The notes: a model not told the origin generated them from the letters alone. 64,000 nucleotides of DNA from Polyangiaceae bacterium (GCA_044376115.1 JBILLK010000010.1:1-64000), one strand, 5' to 3'. Counted from the first letter of the stretch, positions 18,464 to 29,152 are shown. Program-made: numbers and translations.

Positions 18464-18801
18464 GGGGAAACGACCTTGAACTCCGAATGGGGTGCACACT
18501 CGGAGCATTGGCAGAGCGCGCGCAAATAGCGAAATGTGTAGATACCGGTTGCGTGCTGATCGGCCCAGGTAAAGGAAAAGGCGTAGTTGCCCACCTGCTC
18601 GATGCTCAGGAGTTCCAGGTTGCCACCCGGGACGAACTTGGTGTTGCCGCCGTGCCCCTGGCAGTGCGCGCACGGGCAATAGCCCCGCAAAATCTCGTGA
18701 GGGATGGGGGAGACATGCCCGTCCAACCAGGTAAGCTCAAACACGCGTGCACCGTGAGGCGCTTTGACTCCCGTCGGGGAATGTCGAGGTGAGGCCGTCA
18801 T
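18460..18801 (-). CDS. DUF971 / GBBH-N-like metal-binding protein
   Basis: LRGYCPCAHC, VGNYA, HATGIYTFRYLR. Confidence 0.88.
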   Translation of the reverse strand: MTASPRHSPTGVKAPHGARVFELTWLDGHVSPIPHEILRGYCPCAHCQGHGGNTKFVPGGNLELLSIEQVGNYAFSFTWADQHATGIYTFRYLRALCQCSECAPHSEFKVVSP

Positions 18802-18855
18802 GGCGCGTCGTGGGTAGCACGTCCGGAGCCGAGCGATAATCCAGTCGATGGATCT

Positions 18856-20028
18856 TTGATGAGTCCCCGCCTTCGTCTGGATCCCACACAGCAACTGTAT
18901 GTGTTCACGTTCGTGAGCCACCTGGTGCCCGGCTGGACGCTCGCCAGCTTGTGCGCAGCGAGCGGCGTTTGGGCTCTCGCCGTGCTCTTTGCGCTCGTCT
19001 GGAGCGCGCTGCTGCGAGGGCGCTTGAGGCTAGTTTTCAACGACCGCCCGACCAGCTCGCGGAGAGCTCTGCTTGAGCGAGCCTACTTCGCAGAGTGGAC
19101 CGGAGCTGCAGCGTGCAGCCTGCTCGCGGGCCCTGCTGTTGGGCTCTTCGTGTTGCTGGAGCAGCCGTGGATCAACGCCTTGCCGGTCGCCCTTGGCGGC
19201 TACGGAGTTGGGCTGTTTGCGGTCTTCTTCCGAGCACGAAGGGTTGTCGTACGCAGCGAGGCGGTGTTCGTCCCAACGCTCCCGGCCGAGTTCGATGGGT
19301 ACCGCATCGTGCATCTTTCCGACCTGCATGTTGGCTCGCTCTTTCGCGGCGCGCGCGTGCGTGAGCTGACCGCTCGCGTCAATGAGCTGAGCCCCGACTT
19401 GGTCGCGCTAACGGGGGACTACGTAACCACCGGCAACCGGTTTCACCGCGAGGTGGCCGAAGCGCTCGGCTCGCTCTCCGCGCGAGACGGCGTGCTTGCG
19501 GTGTTGGGCAATCACGACAACTTCGGTGAGCGCGAGCCGCTGCTCTCGGCCTTCGCCGAGGTCGGCATTCGCGTGCTGCACAACGAGCCGGCGCTAGTCC
19601 AACGCCAAGGCGCTGAACTGTGCGTGGTCGGCATCGACGATACCTACACCCGCAAAGCCGACGTGCAGCTCGCGCTTCAGCGTGCCCGGCGTGTGCCTGA
19701 GCTGGCCCTCGTGCACGACCCGCGCGTGTTCGACGAGCTCGCTGCGCGCGACATCCCGTTGGTGCTCGCGGGTCATACGCATTGGGGCCAGATCGGTGTG
19801 CCGCTACTGAGTCGCTCGCTCAATCTCGGCCGACTGATCTTCAAACAGCGAACGGTGGCTGCCAGCGTTGGAGCTTCACAGTTGTTGGTGCACCCAGGCA
19901 TCGGTACCACCGGGTTGCCCATTCGCTTTGGCGTAGCCCCAGCGATCTGCGTGGTTGAGCTGCGACGTCAGGCGCCGACGGCTGCCGACGAATCGAGGAA
20001 GGCCCCAAGCGAACGGAAGCGATCGTAG
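18856..20028 (+). CDS. Membrane-anchored metallophosphoesterase
   Basis: SDLH, TGD, GNHD, GHTHWGQ. Confidence 0.9.
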   Translation: MMSPRLRLDPTQQLYVFTFVSHLVPGWTLASLCAASGVWALAVLFALVWSALLRGRLRLVFNDRPTSSRRALLERAYFAEWTGAAACSLLAGPAVGLFVLLEQPWINALPVALGGYGVGLFAVFFRARRVVVRSEAVFVPTLPAEFDGYRIVHLSDLHVGSLFRGARVRELTARVNELSPDLVALTGDYVTTGNRFHREVAEALGSLSARDGVLAVLGNHDNFGEREPLLSAFAEVGIRVLHNEPALVQRQGAELCVVGIDDTYTRKADVQLALQRARRVPELALVHDPRVFDELAARDIPLVLAGHTHWGQIGVPLLSRSLNLGRLIFKQRTVAASVGASQLLVHPGIGTTGLPIRFGVAPAICVVELRRQAPTAADESRKAPSERKRS

Positions 20029-20936
20029 CGGTCGTCGACGAGCTGCTCGGGCGACAACTTCGACAAGGCAGCAAGGTGCGAGCTGATGGCCGCTCGCAAC
20101 AGCCCTGCGGCAGCGTCGAGATCTTGGTGAGCTCCACCCGGCGGCTCCGCGACGATCTCATCCACTACGCGATGCCGCAACAAGTCCGGCGCGGTCAGCT
20201 TCAAGCAGTCCGCCGCCTCCTCGGTGCGCGTGCCGTCCTTCCACAAGATCGCCGCGCAACCCTCGGGCGAAATCACCGAGTAGCAACCGAACTCGAGCAC
20301 CAGCACGCGATTCGCCACGCCCAACGCCAATGCGCCACCCGAGCCGCCTTCACCGATCACCGACGCGATCACTGGCACCTTCACCACCGCCAACGCAGCG
20401 AGCGCAGCGCCGATGGCCTCGCTCTGACCACGCTCTTCAGCGCCGATCCCTGGGTAGGCTCCGGGCGTGTCGATGAAGGTCAAGATCGGCAAAGAGAAGC
20501 GGTCCGCGAGCTCGTAAAGTCGGATCGCCTTTCGGTAGCCTTCGGGGTGGGGCATACCGAAGTTGCGCTTCATGTTCTCCTTCGTACCGCGGCCTTTTTG
20601 GTGCCCAACGACGACGACGGAGCGCCCCTCGAACTTGCCCAGCCCGCCGACGATGCTGGCGTCTTCGGCGAAGCGCCGATCGCCTTTCAACTCGACGAAG
20701 TCGGTGATGAAGCGCTTGATGTAGTCGAGCGTGTAAGGCCGGCTGGCGTGGCGCGAGACCTGGACCTTTTGCATCGGCGTAAGTCCACCAAAGACTTCAT
20801 CGGCCATGCGCCGAATCTCGAGATCGATCGCTGCGAGCTCGCCTGCGAGGGCTTCATCTTCACCGACCAGCGGGCGCAACTGCCGCGCTTTCTCAATGAG
20901 TTCGGCGACGGACTTTTCAAACGGTAGAACGACCAT
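19968..20936 (-). CDS. accA: Acetyl-CoA carboxylase carboxyltransferase alpha subunit
   Basis: RNFGMPHPEGYRKA, DTPGAYPGIGAEERGQ, GEGGSGGAL. Confidence 0.97.
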   Translation of the reverse strand: MVVLPFEKSVAELIEKARQLRPLVGEDEALAGELAAIDLEIRRMADEVFGGLTPMQKVQVSRHASRPYTLDYIKRFITDFVELKGDRRFAEDASIVGGLGKFEGRSVVVVGHQKGRGTKENMKRNFGMPHPEGYRKAIRLYELADRFSLPILTFIDTPGAYPGIGAEERGQSEAIGAALAALAVVKVPVIASVIGEGGSGGALALGVANRVLVLEFGCYSVISPEGCAAILWKDGTRTEEAADCLKLTAPDLLRHRVVDEIVAEPPGGAHQDLDAAAGLLRAAISSHLAALSKLSPEQLVDDRYDRFRSLGAFLDSSAAVGA

Positions 20937-20941
20937 GGCTG

Positions 20942-23077
20942 TCAGTGATTGTTGGGGATGATCGCCGAGGTGGGCTCTGCGGCGAACGGGCTGTTGGGCA
21001 CGGCCACTTTGAGCGCCCGACGAAGCACGTTGTAAACCCGGAGCGGCTTCTCTTTGCCCTTCACCTTGGCCGGTGCGAGTTCTTCGACCTCGAACTTGTT
21101 CTTGAGCCGGACCAACGTGTTTTCACTGACGATGATCTGCCCGGAGAGCGCGACCGAGCAAAGCCGCGCTGAGGTGTTCGCCGTGTCCCCGATCACGGTG
21201 TACGAGAGCGCCTTGGAGCTGCCGATGTAGCCCGCAACCACCGGTCCGGTGTGAATCCCGATGCCGACAGCAAGCGGCTGCACGTCTCGCTCCATCCGCT
21301 GGCGGTTGAACTGGCCCAGCACCTCGGCCATCTCCAGCGCGCTCTCCACCGAGCGCACTGCATCATCCGGGCTCTGTACCGGGGCGCCCCACAACGCGAG
21401 GATGCCGTCGCCCATGAACTTGTCGAGGGTGCCGTCGTACTTGAAGATGGTGTCTACCATCAGCTCGAAGTACTCGTTCAACATCTCGACCAGCACCTCT
21501 GGCGTCGAGCCCTCGCTCATCCGAGTGAAGCCGCGAATATCGCTGTTGAAGACCGTGCACTCCTCGACTCGCTGACCGCCCTGCTTCACCTCGAGTTGAC
21601 CGCTGATGACGCGCTCGGCGATGTTGGGCGAAAGCAGCCGACTGAGCCGCTCACGCGAGACGATCTCCGCCTCGACCTTCTTGCCGAGGATGTTGATCTC
21701 GATGAAGCGCGCGGCCTGGTTGGTGACCGTCTGCACCAACTCCAAGTCCTTCGCCTGGAAACGCGCGAGCGTCTCCGAATCCAGCCAGATGACCCCCAAC
21801 ACCTCGTTGTCGTGCTGTAGCAGCGGCGCCACGATCGCCGAGCTGATGCGGTTGAGGATCATGCTCTTGCCCTTGGAGGCTGCGAAGTCCATCGCGGCAT
21901 CGTGGGTGAGCACGGCAGCGCGCTCTTTGACCACGTGGTTGAGGATGGTCGAGGAAACGGTGATCGGCGTGTTGGTCCCGTCGCGACGCTTGCTTGCGCA
22001 CAGCTGCAGCTCCCCGCCCTCGTTGCGTAGGAAGATGACGGCGCGGTCAGCACTGATGAACTTGAGAACCGAGGTCAGGATCTTGTCGAGCAGCTTGGTG
22101 GTGTCGCGCTCGATCCCGATGGCGTGAGAAAGCTCGTGCGAAAGCCGCAGCCGTTCGTAGTCGGCGCGCAGCTGGTTGACGTCATTCGCGATGCGGTCGA
22201 ACGAAAGGAAGCCCTTTTCGACGGCGTCGATCTGAGTGCCGATCTGACGTTCTTGATCGCTGATCGAGATGTTGGCCGCGACCGGCGGAGGAACAAAGCC
22301 GTTGAGGCTACCGCCGCGCACCGTGAGATTGGCGGCGGGCACCGCGGCCAAGACCGAGCGCGGGTTGGGCAGCGGTGCCGTTCCACCGGGTGGATATTGC
22401 CCCGAGGAGGGAACGCCGTGCCCCGTGGACGGAACTTGGGAGCCGGGCATCTGCGAGCCGGGCGGCGGAATCGACCCGGGATGCCGCTGCGCCGGCGGAT
22501 AGCCGTAGCCTTGCGGTTGCTGCTGCATGTGCTGCGGTTGCACCATGCCCGGCTGCTGCGGCCGCATGCCTTGACTGGGAACCTGCCCTTGAACCGAATG
22601 GGGTGCGTGCTGATGAGGCTGCGCACCAAACGGGATCGCCCCGGATTGCGCCATCGGCGACTGAGCGCCCCAAAAGCCTGGCCGCGGAGGCGGCTGCGGG
22701 GCTTGTTGGCTCGGAACAGGCTGATTTACCTGACCCGGATAGGGGTTGACGTTGGCAACCGGACCGCCCATCGGCGCAACGCCATGCAAAGCCGGCCCCT
22801 CTTCGAAACGACCTCGCGTCGCGCCCAGAGCAATTTCATCCCCGTGTTTCAGGGCTGCCTCGCCGCGAACACGCTCCCCATTGATGAAGGTGCCGTTGAG
22901 GCTACCAAGGTCCCGAAGAACGTAGGTTTCACCACGCAGCTCGATGATGCAGTGCTCTTTCGAGACGATCTTATCGAGCAACTGAATGGTGTTGTTCGGG
23001 TGCCGACCCAGCGAATTCACAGGACGAAGCTCGACGGGTTGGGTTCCGTCAGCTGTCATGAGCGTAAGCCGAGCCAT
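20942..23077 (-). CDS. FHA-GAF-class III adenylate/guanylate cyclase
   Basis: FHA (LGRHPNN...VSKEH...SLNGT), Pro/Gln linker, GAF, SDIRGFT, DKFMGDG, YTVIGDTANTSAR. Confidence 0.93.
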   Translation of the reverse strand: MARLTLMTADGTQPVELRPVNSLGRHPNNTIQLLDKIVSKEHCIIELRGETYVLRDLGSLNGTFINGERVRGEAALKHGDEIALGATRGRFEEGPALHGVAPMGGPVANVNPYPGQVNQPVPSQQAPQPPPRPGFWGAQSPMAQSGAIPFGAQPHQHAPHSVQGQVPSQGMRPQQPGMVQPQHMQQQPQGYGYPPAQRHPGSIPPPGSQMPGSQVPSTGHGVPSSGQYPPGGTAPLPNPRSVLAAVPAANLTVRGGSLNGFVPPPVAANISISDQERQIGTQIDAVEKGFLSFDRIANDVNQLRADYERLRLSHELSHAIGIERDTTKLLDKILTSVLKFISADRAVIFLRNEGGELQLCASKRRDGTNTPITVSSTILNHVVKERAAVLTHDAAMDFAASKGKSMILNRISSAIVAPLLQHDNEVLGVIWLDSETLARFQAKDLELVQTVTNQAARFIEINILGKKVEAEIVSRERLSRLLSPNIAERVISGQLEVKQGGQRVEECTVFNSDIRGFTRMSEGSTPEVLVEMLNEYFELMVDTIFKYDGTLDKFMGDGILALWGAPVQSPDDAVRSVESALEMAEVLGQFNRQRMERDVQPLAVGIGIHTGPVVAGYIGSSKALSYTVIGDTANTSARLCSVALSGQIIVSENTLVRLKNKFEVEELAPAKVKGKEKPLRVYNVLRRALKVAVPNSPFAAEPTSAIIPNNH

Positions 23078-23187
23078 ATAGGGCCAGGAGCTTATCCGGC
23101 CTTGGCGACCGGAACCAGTGCCAACCGCTGCGGCCTGGAGGCGGGCCGAAAGTTGGCCCGATTCGCTGAGCATCGCAATGGTAAGGC

Positions 23188-24201
23188 ATGCCCTTTGCTG
23201 TCGTGATTCATGGGTCAGACCCAGATCTCGCGCTCCTTCACCACGATTCGCCGTCCCAAGCGGGCCAATCCTCCGACGAGCTGGAGGGTGCGCTGGTGTT
23301 CGACTCGCCCAAAGTGGTGATCGGCCGGGGTGAAGGCTGTGACGTCCGCATCCCGCACCGCAGCGTCAGCCAAAGACACGTGAGCCTTCGGGCCCGTGGC
23401 GCCGAATTCGTCCTTGTCGATGAAGGCAGCACCAACGGCACGCGCCATCTTGGCTTGAAGCTGCCGCCGGCGGTGCCGAAGCGGCTGGGCAAGCGTGAAC
23501 TGTTCCGCCTGGGCGCTGTGTGGATCGAGATCATCGAGACCACCGCCGCACCCACGCGCAACGTGCGAGATCGCTCCAAAGAGCAGGCACTTGCGCTCAT
23601 TCAGGCCGAACTCAGTGAAGCCGGCGAGGACGGACGCCCGCTCCTCGTGGTCGAGGAGGGTCCCGACGCGGGAACCAGCATGGCGCTGGACCAGACGCTG
23701 ATCCTGGGGCGCTCGCAGGAGGCCGAGTTCGTCCTGGCCGACCCAGATATATCGCGGCGACACGTGGAAATCGCGGTGCGTGGCGACGCGCTCGTGGTGA
23801 AGGATCTCGGCTCGAAGAGCGGCACCTTCCTTGACGACCGGCAGCTTGCCAGCAGCGACACCGTCTGGCGCGTTGGTCAGAAGCTAGCCCTCGGCTCGAC
23901 GGTGCTCAGCTTTTCCTACCCTGCGGCCGAGGCGCTTCGCGAACGCGAACGAGCTCCCGACGAGAAGCTCGCGGCGGCGGAGCTCGACTATCGGGTGCCC
24001 GCAACACCAGCCCCAGAAGCGCCCGTGGCGTTGGTCGAGGCTGGGGAAGAAGCAGTGGATGAAGGCTTTGAGGAACCGGCGGAGCCTGTGCGCCCGCGCT
24101 ACCGCGGCGCAACCTGGAGCATCACCGACTTCGCCGTGGCGCTGCTTGCGCTCGGCGTATTCTCGCTGAGCGCGGTCGGCTACCTGGTGCTGCTCCGCTG
24201 A
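23188..24201 (+). CDS. Double-FHA-domain membrane protein
   Basis: IGRG...VSQRH...STNGT and LGRS...ISRRH...SKSGT; C-terminal TM helix. Confidence 0.88.
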   Translation: MPFAVVIHGSDPDLALLHHDSPSQAGQSSDELEGALVFDSPKVVIGRGEGCDVRIPHRSVSQRHVSLRARGAEFVLVDEGSTNGTRHLGLKLPPAVPKRLGKRELFRLGAVWIEIIETTAAPTRNVRDRSKEQALALIQAELSEAGEDGRPLLVVEEGPDAGTSMALDQTLILGRSQEAEFVLADPDISRRHVEIAVRGDALVVKDLGSKSGTFLDDRQLASSDTVWRVGQKLALGSTVLSFSYPAAEALRERERAPDEKLAAAELDYRVPATPAPEAPVALVEAGEEAVDEGFEEPAEPVRPRYRGATWSITDFAVALLALGVFSLSAVGYLVLLR

Positions 24202-24210
24202 TCGGCGCGT

Positions 24211-26619
24211 TCAGCGCTTCTTCTTTTTCTTTCCGCCCTTCAACTTGGCCTTGGCGTTCTTCGGCAAGACCTTGCGCGTCGACTTGCTGCGCCCGGTCTT
24301 TTTGCCGCGCGTGGGCTTCTCTTCGCGCGCCGACTTCGCCTCGCGGCGGCTCTTCTCGGCCGCCTTCTTGGCACGGAACCCCAGCGGCTTCACCTCGCTC
24401 CGTTCGGAGGTCGTAGCGATGCGACGGGCGTAGGTCATGCGCCGTTCGAGCGACACCTCGATCACCTCGACCTGCACCACGTCCCCGAGCGAGACCCGAT
24501 CGCCCGAGCGCTTTCCGCTGACGGCGAAGCCGTCCTCGTCGGCCTCGTATTCCTCCTGGCCGAGCGCATCCATCTTCACCAGCACGCTGACGAAGGGCTC
24601 TTCCAAGGTCACGAACACGCCCGACCCGACGATGCCGGTCACCGTACCGGTGAAACGATCTCCCACCGAGTCCCGCATCAACAGCGCGCCGTACAAATCG
24701 ACGACGTCGCGTTCGACCTGCATGGCCCGACGTTCGCGTTCGGAGGCGAGCACCGCTGCAGCGCGCATCTGTTCGACGCCTTCCTCCGAGACGAGGTTCT
24801 TCTTTCCGCGCAGGACCTGTCGAACCACGCGGTGAACCACCAAGTCGGGGTAACGGCGAATAGGCGAGGTGAAATGCAGATAGGCGGTGGAAGCCAGGCC
24901 GAAGTGCCCGATGTTGGTCACGTCGTACACGGCCTGCTTGAGCGTTCGAACGAGCAGCGTATCGAGGATGGAGTGGCCTTCGGTTTCGCGCAGCTTCTTG
25001 ACGAAGTTCGACAGCTTCTTCGAATCGATCGCGTCATCCGGATCCAAGGTGACGCCGAACTTCGCACACAGCGAAACGAAGCGTTGCACCTTGGCGGGAT
25101 CGGGGACGCCGTGGTTACGGAAGATCGCGGGAGCCTTCTTGTTGGTGAGGAAGGTTGCCACCGTCTCGTTCGCGAGCAGCATCAGCTCCTCGACGATTTG
25201 GTAGGCCTTGGCGACGCCTGGATCCTTGCCGCGCTTGTTCGCGGAGAGGGGCAGCTTGGTCTCGGGATCGACGATGATCTTGGTTTCAGGAAGATCGAAA
25301 TCGAGTGCGCCGCGCTGCATTCTGCGAGCGCGCAACATCGACGAGATCTCACGCAGGACCTCGAGGTCCGCGCGCATCGCCTCCGCCGCTGGGTTGCGGA
25401 CGCCCTCGTTGGTGAGCCCGAGGGTCAGCGCGACGTCCGGGTACGTCAGCTTCGCCCGCGAGTTCATGAAGCCCTCCACCAGCCGCACGCTGGTGGTCTC
25501 GCCCGCTGCGTCGAGCGTCAGATCTGCAGCCAGGCAAAGCCTGACCACGTTGGGCAACAACGAACACAGATGCGAGGAGAGCTCCCGCGGGAGCATCGGG
25601 ATGGCGCGATCCGGGAGGTAGATCGAGCAGCCTCGTTCGCGTGCAGATTCATCCAGCGCCGACCCCTCGGTCACGTAAGCCGAAACATCGGCGATCGCCA
25701 CGATCACTCGGTAACCACCTTCGGGTAGGCGCATCGCCCAGATCGCGTCGTCGTGATCGCGCGCGTCTTCGGGATCGATCGTCGGCAAAGGGAACTCGGT
25801 CAAATCGACCCGGCCCTCGAGCATCTTCGGATCGACCTCGCGCGAGAACGCCTTCGCTTCGTTGACCGCGCGCTCGGGGTGAGCCTCGTTCACGTTCGCG
25901 AGCGCCAAGATCTTGCGGACTTCGACGTCGGGAGTGCCCGGCGCACCGAGCACCTCGATCACCTTGCCTTCGGGGTTCTCGTCGCGCGATTCCGGGAAGC
26001 GCGTCAGCTCGATGATGACGATGTCGCCATGCGAGGCCGCGGCGTTGAGCTCAGTCGGTTGCAGCACGATCGGCCCTTTGAGACGAGCGTCATCGGGCGT
26101 TAGCCAGGCCGACTTACCGCGCTTTTGGATCGCTCCCGACACGCGCTTGGTGCGCCGCTCGAGGATCTCGTCGATCGCGCCTTCCGTCCCGCGCACTCCG
26201 GTCGCGACCACGCGCACCCGCACGCGGTCACCGTGCATGGCGCCGCGCATCGACTCCTCGGGGATGAAGATATCGTCGGCGTCGCCCTCGGTCGCGACGA
26301 AGCCGAAGCCGCGCGGATGCGCCGAAAGGAAGCCCTCCTTCATCGCGCCGCGAGCCTCGGCTTTGGCCATGTGTGCGGCGCGGAAGCGATTCCCTGCGAG
26401 CGGCACGATCGAGCCGTCGAACACCAGGTCCGAGAGGATTCGCGAAAGCGCCTCTTGCCCGGCTTCGCTGACGCCCAAACGAGAGGCGATCTCACTTGCG
26501 TGGAGGGCTCGAGAAAAACCCGTCAGCAACTCGAACACGGCAGCCCGCCGCGGGGGTTTTTCTTTGCTCACAAGAGCTTCGTAACACAGGCCCGTCTCCG
26601 TGCTAATGCGACGTTCCAT
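24211..26619 (-). CDS. rnr: Ribonuclease R
   Basis: CSD domains, TIDPEDARDHDDA, HFTSPIRRYPD, S1 domain, basic tail. Confidence 0.95.
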   Translation of the reverse strand: MERRISTETGLCYEALVSKEKPPRRAAVFELLTGFSRALHASEIASRLGVSEAGQEALSRILSDLVFDGSIVPLAGNRFRAAHMAKAEARGAMKEGFLSAHPRGFGFVATEGDADDIFIPEESMRGAMHGDRVRVRVVATGVRGTEGAIDEILERRTKRVSGAIQKRGKSAWLTPDDARLKGPIVLQPTELNAAASHGDIVIIELTRFPESRDENPEGKVIEVLGAPGTPDVEVRKILALANVNEAHPERAVNEAKAFSREVDPKMLEGRVDLTEFPLPTIDPEDARDHDDAIWAMRLPEGGYRVIVAIADVSAYVTEGSALDESARERGCSIYLPDRAIPMLPRELSSHLCSLLPNVVRLCLAADLTLDAAGETTSVRLVEGFMNSRAKLTYPDVALTLGLTNEGVRNPAAEAMRADLEVLREISSMLRARRMQRGALDFDLPETKIIVDPETKLPLSANKRGKDPGVAKAYQIVEELMLLANETVATFLTNKKAPAIFRNHGVPDPAKVQRFVSLCAKFGVTLDPDDAIDSKKLSNFVKKLRETEGHSILDTLLVRTLKQAVYDVTNIGHFGLASTAYLHFTSPIRRYPDLVVHRVVRQVLRGKKNLVSEEGVEQMRAAAVLASERERRAMQVERDVVDLYGALLMRDSVGDRFTGTVTGIVGSGVFVTLEEPFVSVLVKMDALGQEEYEADEDGFAVSGKRSGDRVSLGDVVQVEVIEVSLERRMTYARRIATTSERSEVKPLGFRAKKAAEKSRREAKSAREEKPTRGKKTGRSKSTRKVLPKNAKAKLKGGKKKKKR

Positions 26620-27844
26620 GATTCACGCTCGGCTGCTGACGCTCGTGCGTACGTGCCTCGCCATCGCTATCTTTGCGACCTCGGCGCTGGTCATCGACTA
26701 CGAAAACGCCGGAGACCCGGCCTTTTGCGGCGCTGAGTCAGCTTGCCTCAAGGTGCGTACCAGCGAGCTGGGTACGCAGATCGCGGAGTTTCTTCACTCG
26801 ATCAAGCCCGGCCTGAAGTTGCCCGGGTTGGCGCTAGGCGTGCTGGTCGCGATGGTCGCGTTCACCTTTTTTGTCCGCACCAAGACGACCCGTCGGCTGC
26901 TGGCCGCAGGAATGACGGTCGGGGCGGCGGGTGCAGCCACGTTCATCGCCGCGCAGGTCAAGATGGCCACGTACTGCGCTTACTGCATGACCGTGGACGT
27001 TGCTGTGATCATCGGGGCGATCGGCGCGATCGGGCTCGCGTTCGTCGGGGGCGAGCCCAAGCCCAACAGCGTCGAGGCCAAAGCTACCGATATCGCCACC
27101 GATTCGAGCACCATCTTGGCTTGGGGAATCACCGTCGCGAGCGTGACCGTGATCCCCTTCATTTGGGCGCGTTTCCCCGCCAACCCACCGCTCCCGCCGG
27201 CGATCGCTGAGATGCAACAAGCCGGCAAAGTCGTGATCGTCTCCTTCACTGACTTCGAGTGCCCCTATTGTCGCAAGTTGCACCCGGCGATCGAGGAAGC
27301 CTCAAAGGACGCCGACGTCGTGGTCAAGCGCATGATGGTCCCGCTGGAGTTCCATCGCGGCGCGATGCCGTCGGCGCTGGCGTATGTGTGCGTGCCCGAA
27401 GACAAGCAGAACGAGCTCGCGCACAAGCTCTACGCCGCCGACCCGAAGCAACTCACACGTGAAGGCTCACTCGCGCTCGCCGCACAGGTGGGCGCCGACC
27501 CGATCGCGGTGGACGAATGCATGGGTGGGAAAGAGGCGCGCGATCGGATCGATCGCGAGAAGCTGCTGTTCTTTGACACGCTCGCGGGGCAGGGCGTACC
27601 GACGACGTGGGTAGGAGCAACCTTGGTTCGCGGCGCTCAATCCGAGAAGCTCTTGTCGGCTGCGAGCCGTGCTTCCACCACCATCTCGCTGCCCGTGTGG
27701 TTGATGTTCGTTGCGGCAGGCGTCGCGGTGGCGATCACGCTTTTCCGCGCCGAGCGCCGACTGCGCTCCAGCCTCGCTGCCACCAAACCCACGAGCGACA
27801 CTGCTCCAAGCGAGCCAGCCCCGATCTCGAGCAAGGCCGATTGA
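26600..27844 (+). CDS. VKOR-DsbA/thioredoxin fusion (disulfide bond formation)
   Basis: FCGAESAC loop, YCAYC, then FTDFECPYC; start may be 26618. Confidence 0.88.
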   Translation: MLMRRSMIHARLLTLVRTCLAIAIFATSALVIDYENAGDPAFCGAESACLKVRTSELGTQIAEFLHSIKPGLKLPGLALGVLVAMVAFTFFVRTKTTRRLLAAGMTVGAAGAATFIAAQVKMATYCAYCMTVDVAVIIGAIGAIGLAFVGGEPKPNSVEAKATDIATDSSTILAWGITVASVTVIPFIWARFPANPPLPPAIAEMQQAGKVVIVSFTDFECPYCRKLHPAIEEASKDADVVVKRMMVPLEFHRGAMPSALAYVCVPEDKQNELAHKLYAADPKQLTREGSLALAAQVGADPIAVDECMGGKEARDRIDREKLLFFDTLAGQGVPTTWVGATLVRGAQSEKLLSAASRASTTISLPVWLMFVAAGVAVAITLFRAERRLRSSLAATKPTSDTAPSEPAPISSKAD

Positions 27845-27928
27845 GATTGCGAGCAAAGCTGCGGGGAGAAGCGGGGACGGCGGCTGCGCTTGCTGGCGAT
27901 CAGGGCGTAGCTTGGCTAGCATCCTGCA

Positions 27929-29152
27929 ATGACAGCGCCTGACGAAGACAACGACGACTCGCTCCCCATCCCCGAAAGCGTGGACGCCACTCCGCCTCGA
28001 CGCGGACCGCGGGACGGTTCGCCGATGTTGCCCCTCTCTTTCTTCGAGCAGCTCCCGAAGACGGACCTCCACGTCCACCTCGACGGCAGCCTGCGTCTAT
28101 CCACCATCATCGAGCTAGCGAACGAGTACAAAGTCGAGTTGCCCTCGAAGAACCCCGCCGAGTTGAGCGAGGCGATGAACTTGGGCAAGAACTGCGGCTC
28201 ACTCGTCGAATACCTGCGCGCCTTCGACGTGACGTTGCGCGTCTTGCAACACCGCGAAGCGCTCTACCGCGTGGCGTACGAGCTCGCTGAAGACGCCGCA
28301 AAAGAGAACGTCCGCTACATGGAGGTTCGCTACGCACCGATGTTGCACACGCAGAAGGGGCTGCGCCTCACCACCGTCGTCGAGGCGGTGCTTTCCGGTC
28401 TTCGGCAGGCGCAGGAGAACTTCGGCATCGAGTCGAACCTCATCATCTGCGGCATCCGCAATGTCTCTGCGGCGTCTTCCCTCGAGATGGCCGAACTATG
28501 CGTCGCCTACAAGGGTCGTGGCGTGGTCGGGTTCGATCTCGCGGGCGCCGAATACGACCACCCAGCGAAGCACCACCGTCAGGCCTTCCAGTTGGTGCGC
28601 GACAACAACATCAACGTGACGATTCACGCTGGCGAAGCCTACGGCCCCGAGTCGATCGCGCAGGCGATTCATCAGTGTGGCGCACACCGCATTGGTCACG
28701 GCTGCCGGCTGCGCGAAAACGGTGACTTACTGCACTACGTTTGCGATCACCGCATTCCGCTCGAGTGCTGTCCCTCGAGCAACGTGCAAACGGGAGCCGT
28801 GCCGAGTTTGGCTTCTCACCCGCTCAAGCTCTACCTCGATCTCGGGCTGCGCGTGACCATCAACACCGACAACCGCTTGGTCACCGACACCACTGTGTCG
28901 AAGGAGCTCTGGCTCTGTCACAGCGAGATGGGCATGCCGCTCGCCGACATCAAGTCGGTGATCCTCTCCGGCTTCAAGAGCTCCTTCCTCCCCTTCCACA
29001 TCAAGCAAAGCTACTTGCGCCACGTCGCTCAAGACTTGGTGCGCTTCCATGAAGACGGGCAGATCACCGCAGCAACCGTCCCCCCGAGCGGACGGGGGGA
29101 CCTGCAACCTCGTCAGAAGCGGCACGCAAGAGAGCGCAGCATCTCCAGCTAA
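27929..29152 (+). CDS. add: Adenosine deaminase
   Basis: DLHVHLDGS, HAGE, RIGHG, CPSSN, NTDN. Confidence 0.93.
   Translation: MTAPDEDNDDSLPIPESVDATPPRRGPRDGSPMLPLSFFEQLPKTDLHVHLDGSLRLSTIIELANEYKVELPSKNPAELSEAMNLGKNCGSLVEYLRAFDVTLRVLQHREALYRVAYELAEDAAKENVRYMEVRYAPMLHTQKGLRLTTVVEAVLSGLRQAQENFGIESNLIICGIRNVSAASSLEMAELCVAYKGRGVVGFDLAGAEYDHPAKHHRQAFQLVRDNNINVTIHAGEAYGPESIAQAIHQCGAHRIGHGCRLRENGDLLHYVCDHRIPLECCPSSNVQTGAVPSLASHPLKLYLDLGLRVTINTDNRLVTDTTVSKELWLCHSEMGMPLADIKSVILSGFKSSFLPFHIKQSYLRHVAQDLVRFHEDGQITAATVPPSGRGDLQPRQKRHARERSISS

Noticed and set aside
19968..20028. Convergent overlap of accA and the metallophosphoesterase gene
   Set aside because: Short 3' overlaps are common in compact high-GC genomes; nothing else suggests function.
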